64,000 bases of DNA from Octopus sinensis (taxonomy: Eukaryota). This document shows, piece by piece, positions 52,094 through 64,000 of the stretch. The DNA lies in contig NC_043006.1 of assembly GCF_006345805.1 (NCBI RefSeq), positions 29,884,001 through 29,948,000 on the forward strand. Direction: 5' to 3'. How positions within the stretch are numbered: position 1 is the first letter of the stretch; every line of letters begins with the position of its first letter. The position numbers and the translations under genes were made by a program. Under the pieces are notes generated by a model. It saw only the letters and a program-made list of their open reading frames with translations, did not search any database and was not told the origin of the DNA.

Positions 52094-52974
52094 GGCAATG
52101 TCTGAACCTCTTTTGGCCCTCTCAAAGAACAGATGTCACCAAGTCTCTCAAATATTCTCTCGCATATTCTCCTCCGCTTCACGTTTTCCTTTACTTCCTC
52201 TAACATGCTACTCCCTCCCCTATTTCACAGAAATTTCTTAAACAATTCCTGTCTTCAAAATTCTACTCAAAATGGTTTGGTCAAAATTGTTTGGTCAATT
52301 CAATGCTTTTCTTCAATCGCCATAACACAGCACCACGGGTAAGACGTCGGGCAATGTAATCGAACCCGGCACCACATCGTTACAAAGAGAATAACTTTAC
52401 AGGCTTCTCTTGGTCCACTTTATGTATTCAAATGCAAATTTCCTTCGTTCGATTTCTTTATTTTGACCCTAATATATCACTGATATATAGGTACTGAATC
52501 TATCGCAGTTTAACACAATTGCACTGACGGGATTGGTTGAAGACGCTAAAAGTGAGCCTAACAGGATTTGATCTCAAAATTTAGACAAACGAAACTAAAA
52601 AACAACATTTAATCCGTGATTAAAACATCCTTACAGAAAATAATGGTTTCTTCTGATTTGGCAGGGCCACATTTTTGCGGAAATCAAATATCCTTGATAT
52701 TAATCCATATTATATTCCTGGTTCGTATTAAAGCAACGTCAGACAAAATGTTTTGTGGCATATATTTGCGACCCCCTTCAAATACCGAAATCACTTTTAG
52801 GACTAATTTGTCTTCTATTCTGCCGGAGTTGATGAAATAATCCACCAGCCATTGGGTTTAATTTAATATTTGTACAATATGTGAACAAATGTGCCTTTTT
52901 TTTCTTTTTACAGTCAGTTCTTCGTCCATCTTAAATTCTCCTCTCGATGCAGCTGATGATAGAACCTTGGTAGA

Positions 52975-53178
52975 TCGGTAGCCACTACACACATTTTTCT
53001 CTCTCCTTGTTTTTCTCCTTGTTTTTTTTTCCTGTGTTCCTTTCTGTAGAAGAGCGTAGGCTCGAAACGTAAAAGATTTTTTCAATTCCTGAGCGTTATA
53101 CTAATACATCTGTTTGTTTTGTACACCACCTGTCTTCGTCTTTTGTTGTTGTTTTTTTCCGTGAACTCTCTCCATATA
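52975..53178 (+). mobile_element. Penelope-like terminal fragment (A6U hammerhead family, diverged copy)
   Basis: CUUU-CUGUAGA-AGAGC-GUAG-GCUC-GAAACGU-A-AAAG at 53040-53075. Downstream TTCCTGAGCG..ACTAATACA as at 10.0 kb. Confidence 0.6.
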
Positions 53179-54047
53179 TCACACGCTCACGTGGTTGCAC
53201 CAGTTGACCCTGTCATTTCTTATCACACACGAACTTCACTGGACTTTCTATCTACCCTTTACAGATTCTCTTTTGGACATTTACCCTCCGGCTGCACTTC
53301 TACCTACGGATCACTGTGGACTCTACCCCCTAAATACATACACACACACACACATACACACACCAACGCACACACGCGCACACACGCATACACACACACA
53401 CACACACACACACATACACACACACACAAACGCATACAACCAGAAGCTACGGAAGCAACGAGAATGGAAGAGGTTTCTGTATGGTTACTTGACCTTCCAG
53501 AAATAGTAGACAAATACCCACCAAAACAGTCTACGAACTTAAGTAGGGGACACACTCTAGGTGATGGTATTGTATAAATCTCAAAAAGACGGGATGGTCA
53601 CGGCTGAAATGGTTTTGATCATCTGTTTAATTAAGGATGGCTTATGGTTAAAAGCTGAGAAGTTAGCAACTCAAACCAACAACGTCAAGCAAAAAAGACA
53701 CCACAGCCACCTCCACCATCACCAACAACAACAACAGCAACAACCATTGCTGACCGAATTCAGTATTAAGATGAGTTCACAAAGGCATCAGTTTTTATCG
53801 TCTGCTATTTTTATTCTCAAAATAACTTGAAATTCTTCATTAACGAACTCTTGTAGCTATTTATGAATATTATCTGTGTGTGTGAATAATGTGTAGGAGA
53901 TGATGGCGCGAGTGAGTGTATATGTGTGTATACGTGTGTATGTGTTTATATGTTAGTGGCGGTGCACACACAAACACACACACATACAAACACACACACA
54001 CACATAACGTGTATGTATGGAAGGTGTATGCACGTACAGATAAAGGC

Positions 54048-54192
<145 letters not shown>

Positions 54193-54466
54193 CAGTGGGT
54201 GTGAGAGATGGATGGATGGATGATAGCAACTATAAGTGTACACATCCAAACAAACAAAGCAGAACCGCCAGTGATGGTAGTCATCGTTGTGTAGAACAGT
54301 GGAGTTATTATCTGCGTTTGGTGATGATGCCAGGGTATCACCTCGGATAGAAATATTTCATCTGCCTTTCATGAAAGCAGGCGAGCAGAAGGCAGTGATG
54401 GCGGTTGACGACGATGGTTCGTGCAGCAGACATTTGAAAATAGCTGCTTTAACTGGAATAATATAC

Positions 54467-54505
<39 letters not shown>

Positions 54506-54561
54506 CATACATACACACATGCGCACGCTCACGCACACATACATATACGTATACATATAGA

Positions 54562-54608
<47 letters not shown>

Positions 54609-55229
54609 GTGTGTGTGTGTGTGTAAGAAGACCTTAATGGGAAAACGCTCAGGAATGTATGAATGGGTACGTTTCCCGAAAACAGTTCCCGAAGACAGTT
54701 ATATCGGCATGATGTGCAACCTAAGATTTCTCCTTTTCGACATTCTATTTTCTTCCGTATCTTAACTTTCCACTTTAGTTGTTGATTAACATGGTTTTCT
54801 TTCTTTTCTCTTCGTTATAACACCCATTTAGATGCTAAGATCTTTTGGCATTGAGTACATAAAGTTGTTTCTAGTTGTATCATTTTCCATCGGTAGTTCT
54901 TTCGTCGCTGGGTTATATATTTCTCTTTTGTCAGAATATTTCTTGTCTGGAATTTCGGAGTGGATCTCCGTTTTTCATTTCCGTAACTAAGGCCTTACTT
55001 ATTCCTCTTTAGCTTCTGCAATTTCTTCTTTCTCATACTCTAAGAATGATCGCTCATCTTCATTATGGAAATTGCTCATTCTTATGGATATTATTTATTT
55101 GTTGTGCATTTTCCTTTTGGCTTATATTATGTAGGGCAATAACAGTCGCCCTAGTATTTGCAATTTTATTTTCCAGGGATTTGATTATTTGCCCAAGTTC
55201 TACCTGTGTGAGTCCGTTGTTTTACATTA

Positions 55230-56026
55230 TGTCCCTTCAAGTCTTACATACAACCACCGAATGTGACAGCACTTTCTCAATGGCTGTGCCTGTCAATCCA
55301 ATCCATAAAAATTATGAAAAGGAGAGGTGACAATACACATCCCTGCCGAAGCCCAAGAACTACGCTAAAAGGTTTCGACATGGCACCATTTATACGAACA
55401 CAAACATCTGGGCATTCGTATATGGGCACCCATAAGTTTTCCATTAATCTCAAACTCCTGCAAAACTCACCACACTATGTACTGCGGTAAGCAGTCACAT
55501 ACCTTTTCGGGGAATAGCATACATCTTTTGGCAATATTCCTACGATTTTTCGAAGTGTAAATATCTGGCCAGTTGTGCTATGTCCAGGACGGAAACCACC
55601 CCTATTGTAAAGACCCAAAGAATATGATCGAGAATACAAGCGGCCGAAATGGGGTTCCTCTGAAAAATCCCTGGTATTACGTTACTCGATAGGGTGCATA
55701 GCTTGGAGATCGGGGATTCTTTCCATGTCAAGCTACTACTACTTCACATTGAAGGTCATAGGTCCATTAATACGGACTAGAATGTCGCCGCATGAAAGAA
55801 TCGCAAGACAGATTTTTTAAGCTGAGTCAATCGGAAGAAGGCCTAGGGTTAGACCAAGAAAGAGATGGTTGGACAATGTCCATTGTGTTAGTTGGTCACA
55901 CTCAGGAATCCAGTTGGAAAGTGTAATGACGCCGGCTTCTGATCTTATGGAGGAGGTGCCTGAGGACCCTTTCCTCACGATCCTCCCGGGAATAGTGCGG
56001 GCAGAGAAGATGGATGGATGGATGGA
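55230..56026. mobile_element. RTE-clade (Expander/Rex3-like) LINE with inverted 5' segment
   Basis: Minus 55230-55605 reads GFRPGHSTTGQIFTLR...GLRQGCVLSPLLFIIFMDWID. Plus 55608-56026 reads SRIQAAEMGFL...GRRPRVRPRKRWLD and ends in a (GATG)n tail. Confidence 0.8.
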
Positions 56027-56354
56027 ATGTTACCTAGTTTACTGGCCTTCATATTTGGGGCCGTGTTGTTCCCTATAATTTTTCCTCCATTCTGTTGGCT
56101 CAGTGATGTTGTTCTGAGGTCTGTAAACGGCTGTGAAGAACACTACCATTACTTCCTTATGTTGCTCTCTGGTTCATTTCTGTTTCACAGTTTCAGTTCT
56201 GATGTTTTTTGGTGAGAGATGTTCTATCGGTTCAGGGTTGAAGTTTTCCCGGTTCTGGTTACCATCTCGACTAATATCCTGGTAGCTTGTTGTATCATCC
56301 ATATCATCAGGAGAGGGAAGTGACATGTGCCGTGATATAGAGTAATTTCCGTGG

Positions 56355-56489
56355 CCTTATGACGGGTGCCTTATGACGGTAGCCTTATGACGGTGGCCTT
56401 ATGATGATAGCCTTATGATGGTAGCCTTATGACGGTAGCCTTATGGCGGTGGCCTTATGACGGTGACCTTATGACGGCCTTATGACGGG
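56355..56489. repeat. 14-bp minisatellite CCTTATGACGGT(A/G)G, ~10 units
   Basis: Units counted directly. One unit is 11 bp. Confidence 0.92.
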
Positions 56490-57329
56490 AGCTGAGGGCA
56501 GTTTTGTAGAATGTCGTCTTGTTTCCTTCGTGTATCCAGTTGAACGTCATCTTTTCCTGGACTTTTTTTTTTCTTGTGTTTTGTTTTAAAATACTCTGCA
56601 CGTCTGTGTATTTATGTGTGTGTGCGTGTATGTGTGTATCTGCATGTGAGTATGTGTATCTGTGTATGTGAGTGTATGAGGGGGAGAGAGACTGTGTGTG
56701 TATATTTTATTTTTGCTTTGTTTTTAATAAATAATTAAAATTACAAACAATTCGAGAGCAAATATTTTCTGGTCGTCTCGAATTTTTGTTTATGTACGTA
56801 TGTGTGTGTGTGTGTGTGTGCGTGCGTACGTGCATGCGTGCGTGTGTGTGTGTGCGTGCGTACGTGCATGCGTGCGTGTGTGTGTGCGTGCGTGAAGAAT
56901 TATATAACACTAGGATTTAATCTACGAAACTTGAGCTCCACCAAAAACCCGAGATTACTACACGACTGTAGAATCTATTAATTAATGGACCTCTGTGACT
57001 GTTTTCTCTGACTCTGCCATAAACCCTCAAACACTCTCTCCGGGATATCATAATGTCTCTTTTTAACTGATATTGTTTATTTGGTTTGCTTTTGGTTTGT
57101 TTGTTTGTTTTTGTTTTTCTTCTTTCTTAAAATAAGCATTTGAAACCAGTTTTTAATAAAATTCTAGATTCTTAAAATCTATGAATTTTGTGGAAACTTA
57201 TTGGGACAAATTTTCTGCTGTAAAACAGAACAGAGAATCTTGAACAACTGAAATCCGTAAGTGGGCGGTAGAGAGAATATGGTATCTCAATTTTAATCTT
57301 CATAAGCTTTTTGATAGATTTGTGCTGAA

Positions 57330-57760
57330 TGTAACTGAGTTCTGCCAGCCAGAAAATTTAACCCCTTTCGGCCATCCTGTTGATGAAAAATAGTTTTCTT
57401 GATTTTAGTTTTGTTTTCTTATAAGCCTCCCATCAGCCTTGATCGACTAAACTTATCAGAATCTCTCCACGACTCTCTTGTCTAGATACCTCTGTTTAAG
57501 ACTTGTTATGAATATCTCCCAATAATATATTTGTGACATGTCACTAAAGTGAATATATCCATAGACTTACAGTTTGAGTTCCTCAACAGCCGAACGAACC
57601 TAAGTCACCATTTTATCGACCGCTCAACGGTTTTGTTCATCTTCCCAGACAAACTAGTGTCAACAACTCAGCCTACCTTATTACTTTTCTTACCTGTCAT
57701 CTCGTGAACCATTTCATTTATTTACTGAACAAAGCAAGCGCTAAAATGAGCCTACGTTGT
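57330..57760 (-). mobile_element. Possible CR1-like LINE 3' relic
   Basis: Weak resemblance of minus translations (WEAYKKTKLKS; KW*LRFVRLLRN) to the CR1 RT thumb region. Confidence 0.3.
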
Positions 57761-58502
57761 TAACTTTCTAACTGATTAGCGACATAAATTGATACAATAT
57801 TAATAGGCGTATCTAGTCGTTCATGCAGAAGTGGATGAGGTAACCGAAAGATGCTTACCTGCTGGCATGATTAGTCGGGCATGCAACTCATCCCAGAGTA
57901 GAACGTCCAGTCGACATACCCAGGGTTAATTCACAGCAGATGTAGCAAGGATGGGCAGTAAATCAGCTTAGTAATCTTTAATTTAGACACAGCCATCATC
58001 AGCAAGCTAGATACCTTCATACAGAACATCGACCAGTTCAACAATCATACCTCCAATTAGCAGAACTGCGGTTAACTAGAACTAGAATGAACACACCAAT
58101 GGATATTTGGCCTTTCCACGACAAGTTTTAACAGTGAAGAAATTTCTATAGAGTTTATCACTTTAGAAACCTGCTTAGTTATTCATCGAGTTCGGAACCA
58201 GGGACGTGAAATCATGTGTACAGATGTATTTCAGAAACATGGCACTTTCTACAGGCTGAGGTGGAGGAAAGCACAGACATTTTGAAGATTTGCTGGCAGC
58301 TGAGATCACCACATCAAGCAGACCACTTGCATGGGGCGGTTCTTTTTAGCTTCAATAGTTTGGCTATTTCGGTGAACGACAAGGGCGACAAGGACTGTTG
58401 ACAGCCATGTTGATACGTTTAATGTCCCTTGATACTCTCCCCATAAAAAGTTAAGAAATTTCGCCGATAGAAGTTGAGATTTTTAGTCAATATCCGGTAG
58501 CA

Positions 58503-58565
<63 letters not shown>

Positions 58566-58570
58566 GTGCG

Positions 58571-58604
<34 letters not shown>

Positions 58605-59379
58605 AGTGTGTGCGTGTGTGTGTGTGTGTGGTGTGTGCTTGCGTGTATACTTGCGTGCGTGCATGCGTGTGTTGCTGTCTTCATCTCTAAGTCCGTAACA
58701 TTTATCTTTTCAGTGATTTATATCTTTGTTGCTGAAAACAAGGTCGTGCATGCTTTCTAAAATGTTTAACTTAACTGATGTGTCATCACAAGAGACTATA
58801 GACAAAATGGCATTCGTTTAATCGAGTTAAGTGTTCAAGTTGTCTCAACGAAAAGTGTTCAACTCTAATCACTACAAATGGCTGCCCACCAGTTTTCAGT
58901 TAAAATATTCCACATGCGTCTGGACAGAAAGTTGCAATTCGTAACATTCATAAGTGCTTTATAAATTTTGTTTCTCCAATGTTTTCCGAATCTACGTTGA
59001 AAGACGAGAAATTTCGAGTTGCAGGCGCCGTGACTTCGTTTTCGCTGACGGATCGATGCTAGACTTTCCCAGCACGCTTGTAAGAAAATGATAAATTAGA
59101 ACTCACATTGAGCCGTCTTAATACGTGGAGATGCGGGGCAGTTTTAATTTCATTGTTATTAATAGCGTTTTATGCGCAGTTAAGCAGATGTCATTAAACT
59201 CTTTGATAAAATCATTGGATTACGTTTCTCATGATGCCAGTAGACAAAATGGACAAGGCGTTGCCCTGGAGGATAGCCCAGTGCTAATCTATGTTGTATA
59301 TGTAGGAGGCCCAGTGCAGTTCTTTGGCCGGGGCAGGGCCTATACAGCTATTTAGACGAACCTGACGACAGAACACAAA

Positions 59380-60260
59380 AGTTTATGTAAATTCGCAATT
59401 TCTGAAGATTTTGTTGAGGATCACTTGGTAGAAAAGAGCAATAATGCCCTGTGCCAACAAAGAATCTTGTTTTTCGTTTTCGTTATATTTTTGTTGCCAA
59501 ACACGGAGGTGGTTTCTTTGATAAATGTGTAATGTAAAATAGTCTGGAAATATTTTACGGTTCGCCATATCCTTACACTTTCTAGAATAACCAGAATCAC
59601 CTTTCCAGTCGATGAGACATTTTTTTCCAGGGGAAGATATGTTCCGGGGAAGAGAGTAACAAACATTACACTGTAAAAGGACGCTCGAAGGTGTAGAACC
59701 AGAAGCATCGTTTATAACAGGCCGGGAACATTGAAGTAAAACAGTAGATTGTGGTGTTAATTGATGAAGTTTTAAGCAAATGATTAACATTTTGGTATCT
59801 TTTTCTGGAATGGAAAAGTAGAGGGTGAATAGCTTTCCAGAAACGAAACATCGTTTAGTGTAGTAACTAAGCAAATCTAGCTGTCGTTGTACAACGTCGG
59901 GTTTATAACAATTTTTCAACTTCGGCAAATTACTTTCTATTTTGTGTGAATGCTTGACTGAGAAGACATTTCTCACTGATTAATGTTTAGTCTTCGACTG
60001 GCTAAAATTAATTTGGCCAAGTTTTCGTCGAGCTTCTCAAAATTTTTTTACTGAAAACAATAGCGTCATCGAGACAGACGTAAAATTTTTTGATATTATT
60101 GTCAGTAAATTATCCACCAGTCTTCGGAAAACATTCATCACATCAAAACATAACCTTGTACATTCCAATAAGAATTTGTCAGTTTGAAAACCAGAGTATT
60201 TCTTTCCTTCTTTATACGTCCACTTAAAATTTCGATGGGATCATTTTCGTTAGTCATTTT
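59380..60260 (-). mobile_element. Ty3/Gypsy pol (RT-RNase H) relic
   Basis: VCLDDAIVFSK (YxDD region), LLSYYTKRCFVSG, INDASG...VLLQ (RNase H DAS) and GYSRK, with frameshifts. Confidence 0.7.
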
Positions 60261-61224
60261 ATTTAGGAGAGATTAATTTGTCCGAATTTTGACTTTTTTC
60301 AGTTAATTTAAATACCGTGCCACCTTGGAAGGATTCACTCACAGTTCTGTAATAATCTCGTCTTCAGTCAGTTTTCCAGGATCTTGTTATCCAGAATCTT
60401 TACATTAGTCTGTGCTATACTCTCTTTTCTTAATCTTCATGTTCATAAACCAGTACCGAATGCTATGTTTGAGTCAATTTATCCTCGACAATGGTGTATT
60501 TAGTGTTCTTATCATGATTTTCCACCAATATTCCTTCTAATGATTTGCAGTGGCTGTGCATAAACATTTGTAAATTCTGCCCTGCTTTGCAAAATATGTA
60601 TGTGCACAACCATGCAAGTAATCACCACTCAAACGCCATACTAACAACCTAAGTAAATGCAGACCATTTTTAATTGCGTAATATTTAAGATGTTATTATG
60701 ATGAAATTATATCATCAATTTCTTCAATTAAGATATTATTTTGAAAACATTCTGTGCGCTCCTTTTTTTCCTTTGTGTGCTAGTTGTAAAATATGTATGT
60801 GCAAACACAGGCGCCCAGCTTAAAGGGAACATTGCTTTCAACCCATTTTGAACTCAGTGAATGAAAAAGTAAATTTACTCCCTTAAAATGGCCAACTCGA
60901 AGCAAAGTCTATTAAGTTTTGTATATTAGATGAAGATGAAAGCCTGACACTTTATAATGATGCGTCAGGCAATTTGTACACAATGTCTAGGAGTTTTACT
61001 CTCTGTGCGAGAAATTCAATATACATTATGGGTGTAGGTTGTATGAAGTGAATGATAGAGAGGGGAAGGAGATGATGGAAAGAGAGAGGGGAGGAGGGAC
61101 AGTGTAGACGTAGGCATTATACGTGCGTATCATGAAGTTGAGGACCTGTTCGGCAGTTATACTCACTGCTTGGGTGAACTTCAGAGAGTGCAGATTATCG
61201 AGTCATTTATAAGCTTTTAATATT

Positions 61225-61385
61225 CCTTGCTCTTACGTTCTGAGTTCAAATTCCGCCGAGGTCGACTTTGCCTTTCATCCTTCCGGTGTCGATAAAATAA
61301 GTACCAGTTGAGTACTGGGGGTTGATGTACTCGACTTACTCCTCTTCTGAAATTACCGGCCTTGTGCCAAAATTTGACACCAATA
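61225..61385 (+). mobile_element. CORE-type SINE (5'-degenerate)
   Basis: GTTCTGAGTTCAAATTCCGCCGAGGTCGACTTTGCCTTTCATCCTTCCGGTGTCGATAAAATAAGTACCAG. Confidence 0.85.
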
Positions 61386-62202
61386 TTTCCCTGCCCTTAA
61401 ATGACGATGATGTAACAAAAACGATAGGTTGTATACAATACCTAATGGCGTGTTTTTGTTTCCTAACTTCAAATAGCACCGAGATCACCTTTGCCTTTTA
61501 TTCTAGTGGGATATATAAAAGTCATGTACTATGTTCTCCTAAAATATTTCTCCTCCTTGAAGAGTAACTCGGGCTCTTCTCTATTTCTGAAATGACTTGC
61601 ACGAAACAGTATTTCCGCTCTTTAGAGGTGAGCGGAAGAAATGTATTGATATTTATTTATATTGAGATATATTGGGTCAGAAGATGCATTTTTACCGCAA
61701 ACACAACAAACACCAAAGACGAGATACGAACCTTCGTCCCTCAGGCACCCTCATCTATGCACTTGATCATACATGGTTCCCTAATAATCAAAAAAGGGTT
61801 AAATTAGCAATTCTAAAAACAAAGAAAGAAAAGATGATGGCAGACAATTTAGATAGGATTCAACAGAAGATTAGATTGAGCATTTAACCTCGGTTGTTGA
61901 TTCGGCTGTGAAGATACGGCCAAATGTTTAGCGTTTAATGAACGGTTTCCCTTTTCAATTACTTCTGTAGTTCGAGTCAAACGAAATTTGTGTCACTCAA
62001 CAGACATTTTCTCCCTCGTTTTGCTTTCATCTTGCCTCCGCTGCCTTCACATCTCCCCCTCCCGCTTTGTTTCTCTCTCTATTTCACTTACTCTTCTCTT
62101 TCATTACTTCTTCATACATTATCCTACTTCTAACTTTTCTGGCCTCTCTTCCCACTTATTTTTTCCCCTTTATTTCCCTTTATTTCTTCTTTCAGTTCTC
62201 TT

Positions 62203-62280
<78 letters not shown>

Positions 62281-63877
62281 CGTGCGTGATACTTTCTTTC
62301 ATCATACGTTTACTAATTTATCTGTGTTTTTTTTGTTTAGTTTTACTTCAAATCCGCCATTTTCTTTTATCTTCTTTCGGTATCTTTTCTCTTTAGTTGT
62401 GTTCCTCCTCCTCTTCCTTCTCCTCCGCAGTTAACATTCCCTGATTATACGGAAGTCAGTCAGTAAATAAGTGGAAGAGGTTCAATAAACTGAACATTTC
62501 CATCGGGGAAAATGGACCGAAATAGTCATTTATAGAAACTTATAAATGACCTGATACTTTATTCGGCTCATTTGGAAGCATTTTCTTTTTCTTTTTGCTT
62601 TTTATTCCTACATATGCTTTAATTTATTAGACAAACCGATTATTTCTTTTTGTTTTAGAGTCCTGAAGCAAATGAATACAAAGAAATAATAATAGATACA
62701 CTAAGTCGATTCATATTAGATTTAAGAGAGCCACTCATGGTCAAGTTAAGTCAGTCAGGCAACATCTAAGCTGAAGGATCACTGCCGCAGTGTCCATCGC
62801 TAATACTAATGGTCGTTTCTCCCGTTGATCTGAGTAGAAAACGGAAAATGTGGAAGACAGCGCTGTAAACAACAGATATCTAATTAACTAATATATCGTT
62901 CGTTAGCTTCTTGTACTAAGTTCAAGTTCTCCTCGGAACACTGAGAGTATTAACAGGAACCTCGCCAGTGTAATCCTTCCTGGAAAATTTTGTAATGGTT
63001 TTACTTCCATTGTCAACATGAGTGATTTGATGGTTACAAATAACACAGGTTAACGTTTCAAGGAGAAAGTCATGGCTGACAAAGTCGATAGGTAAGACAC
63101 CTACCACCCTCTAGCATGAGCTATAACAAATACACACTTAACTCTCAACAGAAGTAATACTGTATCGAATATATTATATTCGATGTGCGCCGGTGAAGAG
63201 AACAAATTTACTGATTAGAAGTTATATTTCGTTGACGGCCGAGTCTGAGACAGGTTGATATCGATGTCACCCTAACTCATCAGTTTCTCAACCGATCACT
63301 AGCGCATTAGCTACCATTCTTAAAGCAACAAGCAGTGATGGTCGAAGTCTTCACTTTTCGCATCATTAAGCCATTACACTACCTCATTGATATATTCAGA
63401 CAAACCGACGTCAACAGTTAAGTCTTTGTCATCATTTCCCTAATCAATTTGTGACTCAGATCAATGTCATATTATCGAGCTCCACTGTAAACAAGAGCAA
63501 ATGCAGAAGAAACAAATAGAAGAATCTAATGTAGTTTAACCATAGGTATTGTGTGCCGTGGTTGTCGGACCACTCCAGCGCAAACCCACTCCAGAATGAC
63601 AAAGTTAGTAGTCGTCTGGTACAAGAGATAAATTGTATGGACGAACAGAAGAGCAGCTATGAAATAAATTCATTGCTTTACTAGCAACCCAGATACCACT
63701 GTACAGCTCAGCGATTATACTTTAAAATAGTACAGATGAAGACGAGCTTTTACAAGATTTACCGTGAACGCACCAAAACACCTTTTGCCAGACGAACAAC
63801 AGTTTCTGGCAACAATGATGCAAGACTTTTCTGCGTCTGTGTTACATACTCACAGTCACTATACAGACCTACGACTA

Positions 63878-63932
63878 GTACTACTACTACTACTACTACT
63901 ACTACTACGACTACTACTACTACTACTACTAC

Positions 63933-63977
<45 letters not shown>
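63878..63977. repeat. (TAC)n followed by (AAT)n
   Basis: Read directly. Confidence 0.95.
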
Positions 63978-63980
<3 letters not shown>

Positions 63981-64000
63981 AGCCGCTACTGCTGCTGCTA

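Noticed and set aside
56355-56489. CRISPR-like array
   Set aside because: The units are contiguous with no unique spacers, the context is eukaryotic, and there are no cas genes.
61563-61633. Acceptor/donor pair around a 65-nt segment
   Set aside because: All three frames contain stop codons, and there is no other support.

Overview
AT-rich eukaryotic DNA with very dense microsatellites and no confidently identifiable host gene. The SINE and microsatellite content resembles an octopus/cephalopod genome (pattern recognition, not a database match). It is most likely intronic or intergenic. All recognisable protein-coding sequence is transposon-derived. This includes a young 5'-truncated RTE-clade LINE (21.5-23.0 kb) and older RTE relics, one with a 5' inversion (55.2-56.0 kb). 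It also includes several R4/Dong-type restriction-like-endonuclease (RLE) LINE fragments tied to (CATA)n tracts, GIY-YIG Penelope-like elements (PLEs), a MULE transposase relic and a Ty3/Gypsy pol relic. Non-coding repeats include tRNA-derived SINEs (several CORE-type), mariner MITEs, a TTAGGG-containing MITE and a non-autonomous Helitron. Most ORFs in the supplied track are translations of microsatellites. The strongest unexplained signal is a set of at least four distinct type I hammerhead-ribozyme-like motif families in PLE termini. Two have canonical cores, one has a U3-A8 swap and one has an A6U core. The second signal is an R4-type LINE that sits in (CATA)n tracts and also carries one in its own 3' end. 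Two tandem duplications (1.2 kb and ~1.7 kb) may be real or assembly artefacts. Element boundaries are read by eye and approximate unless stated.
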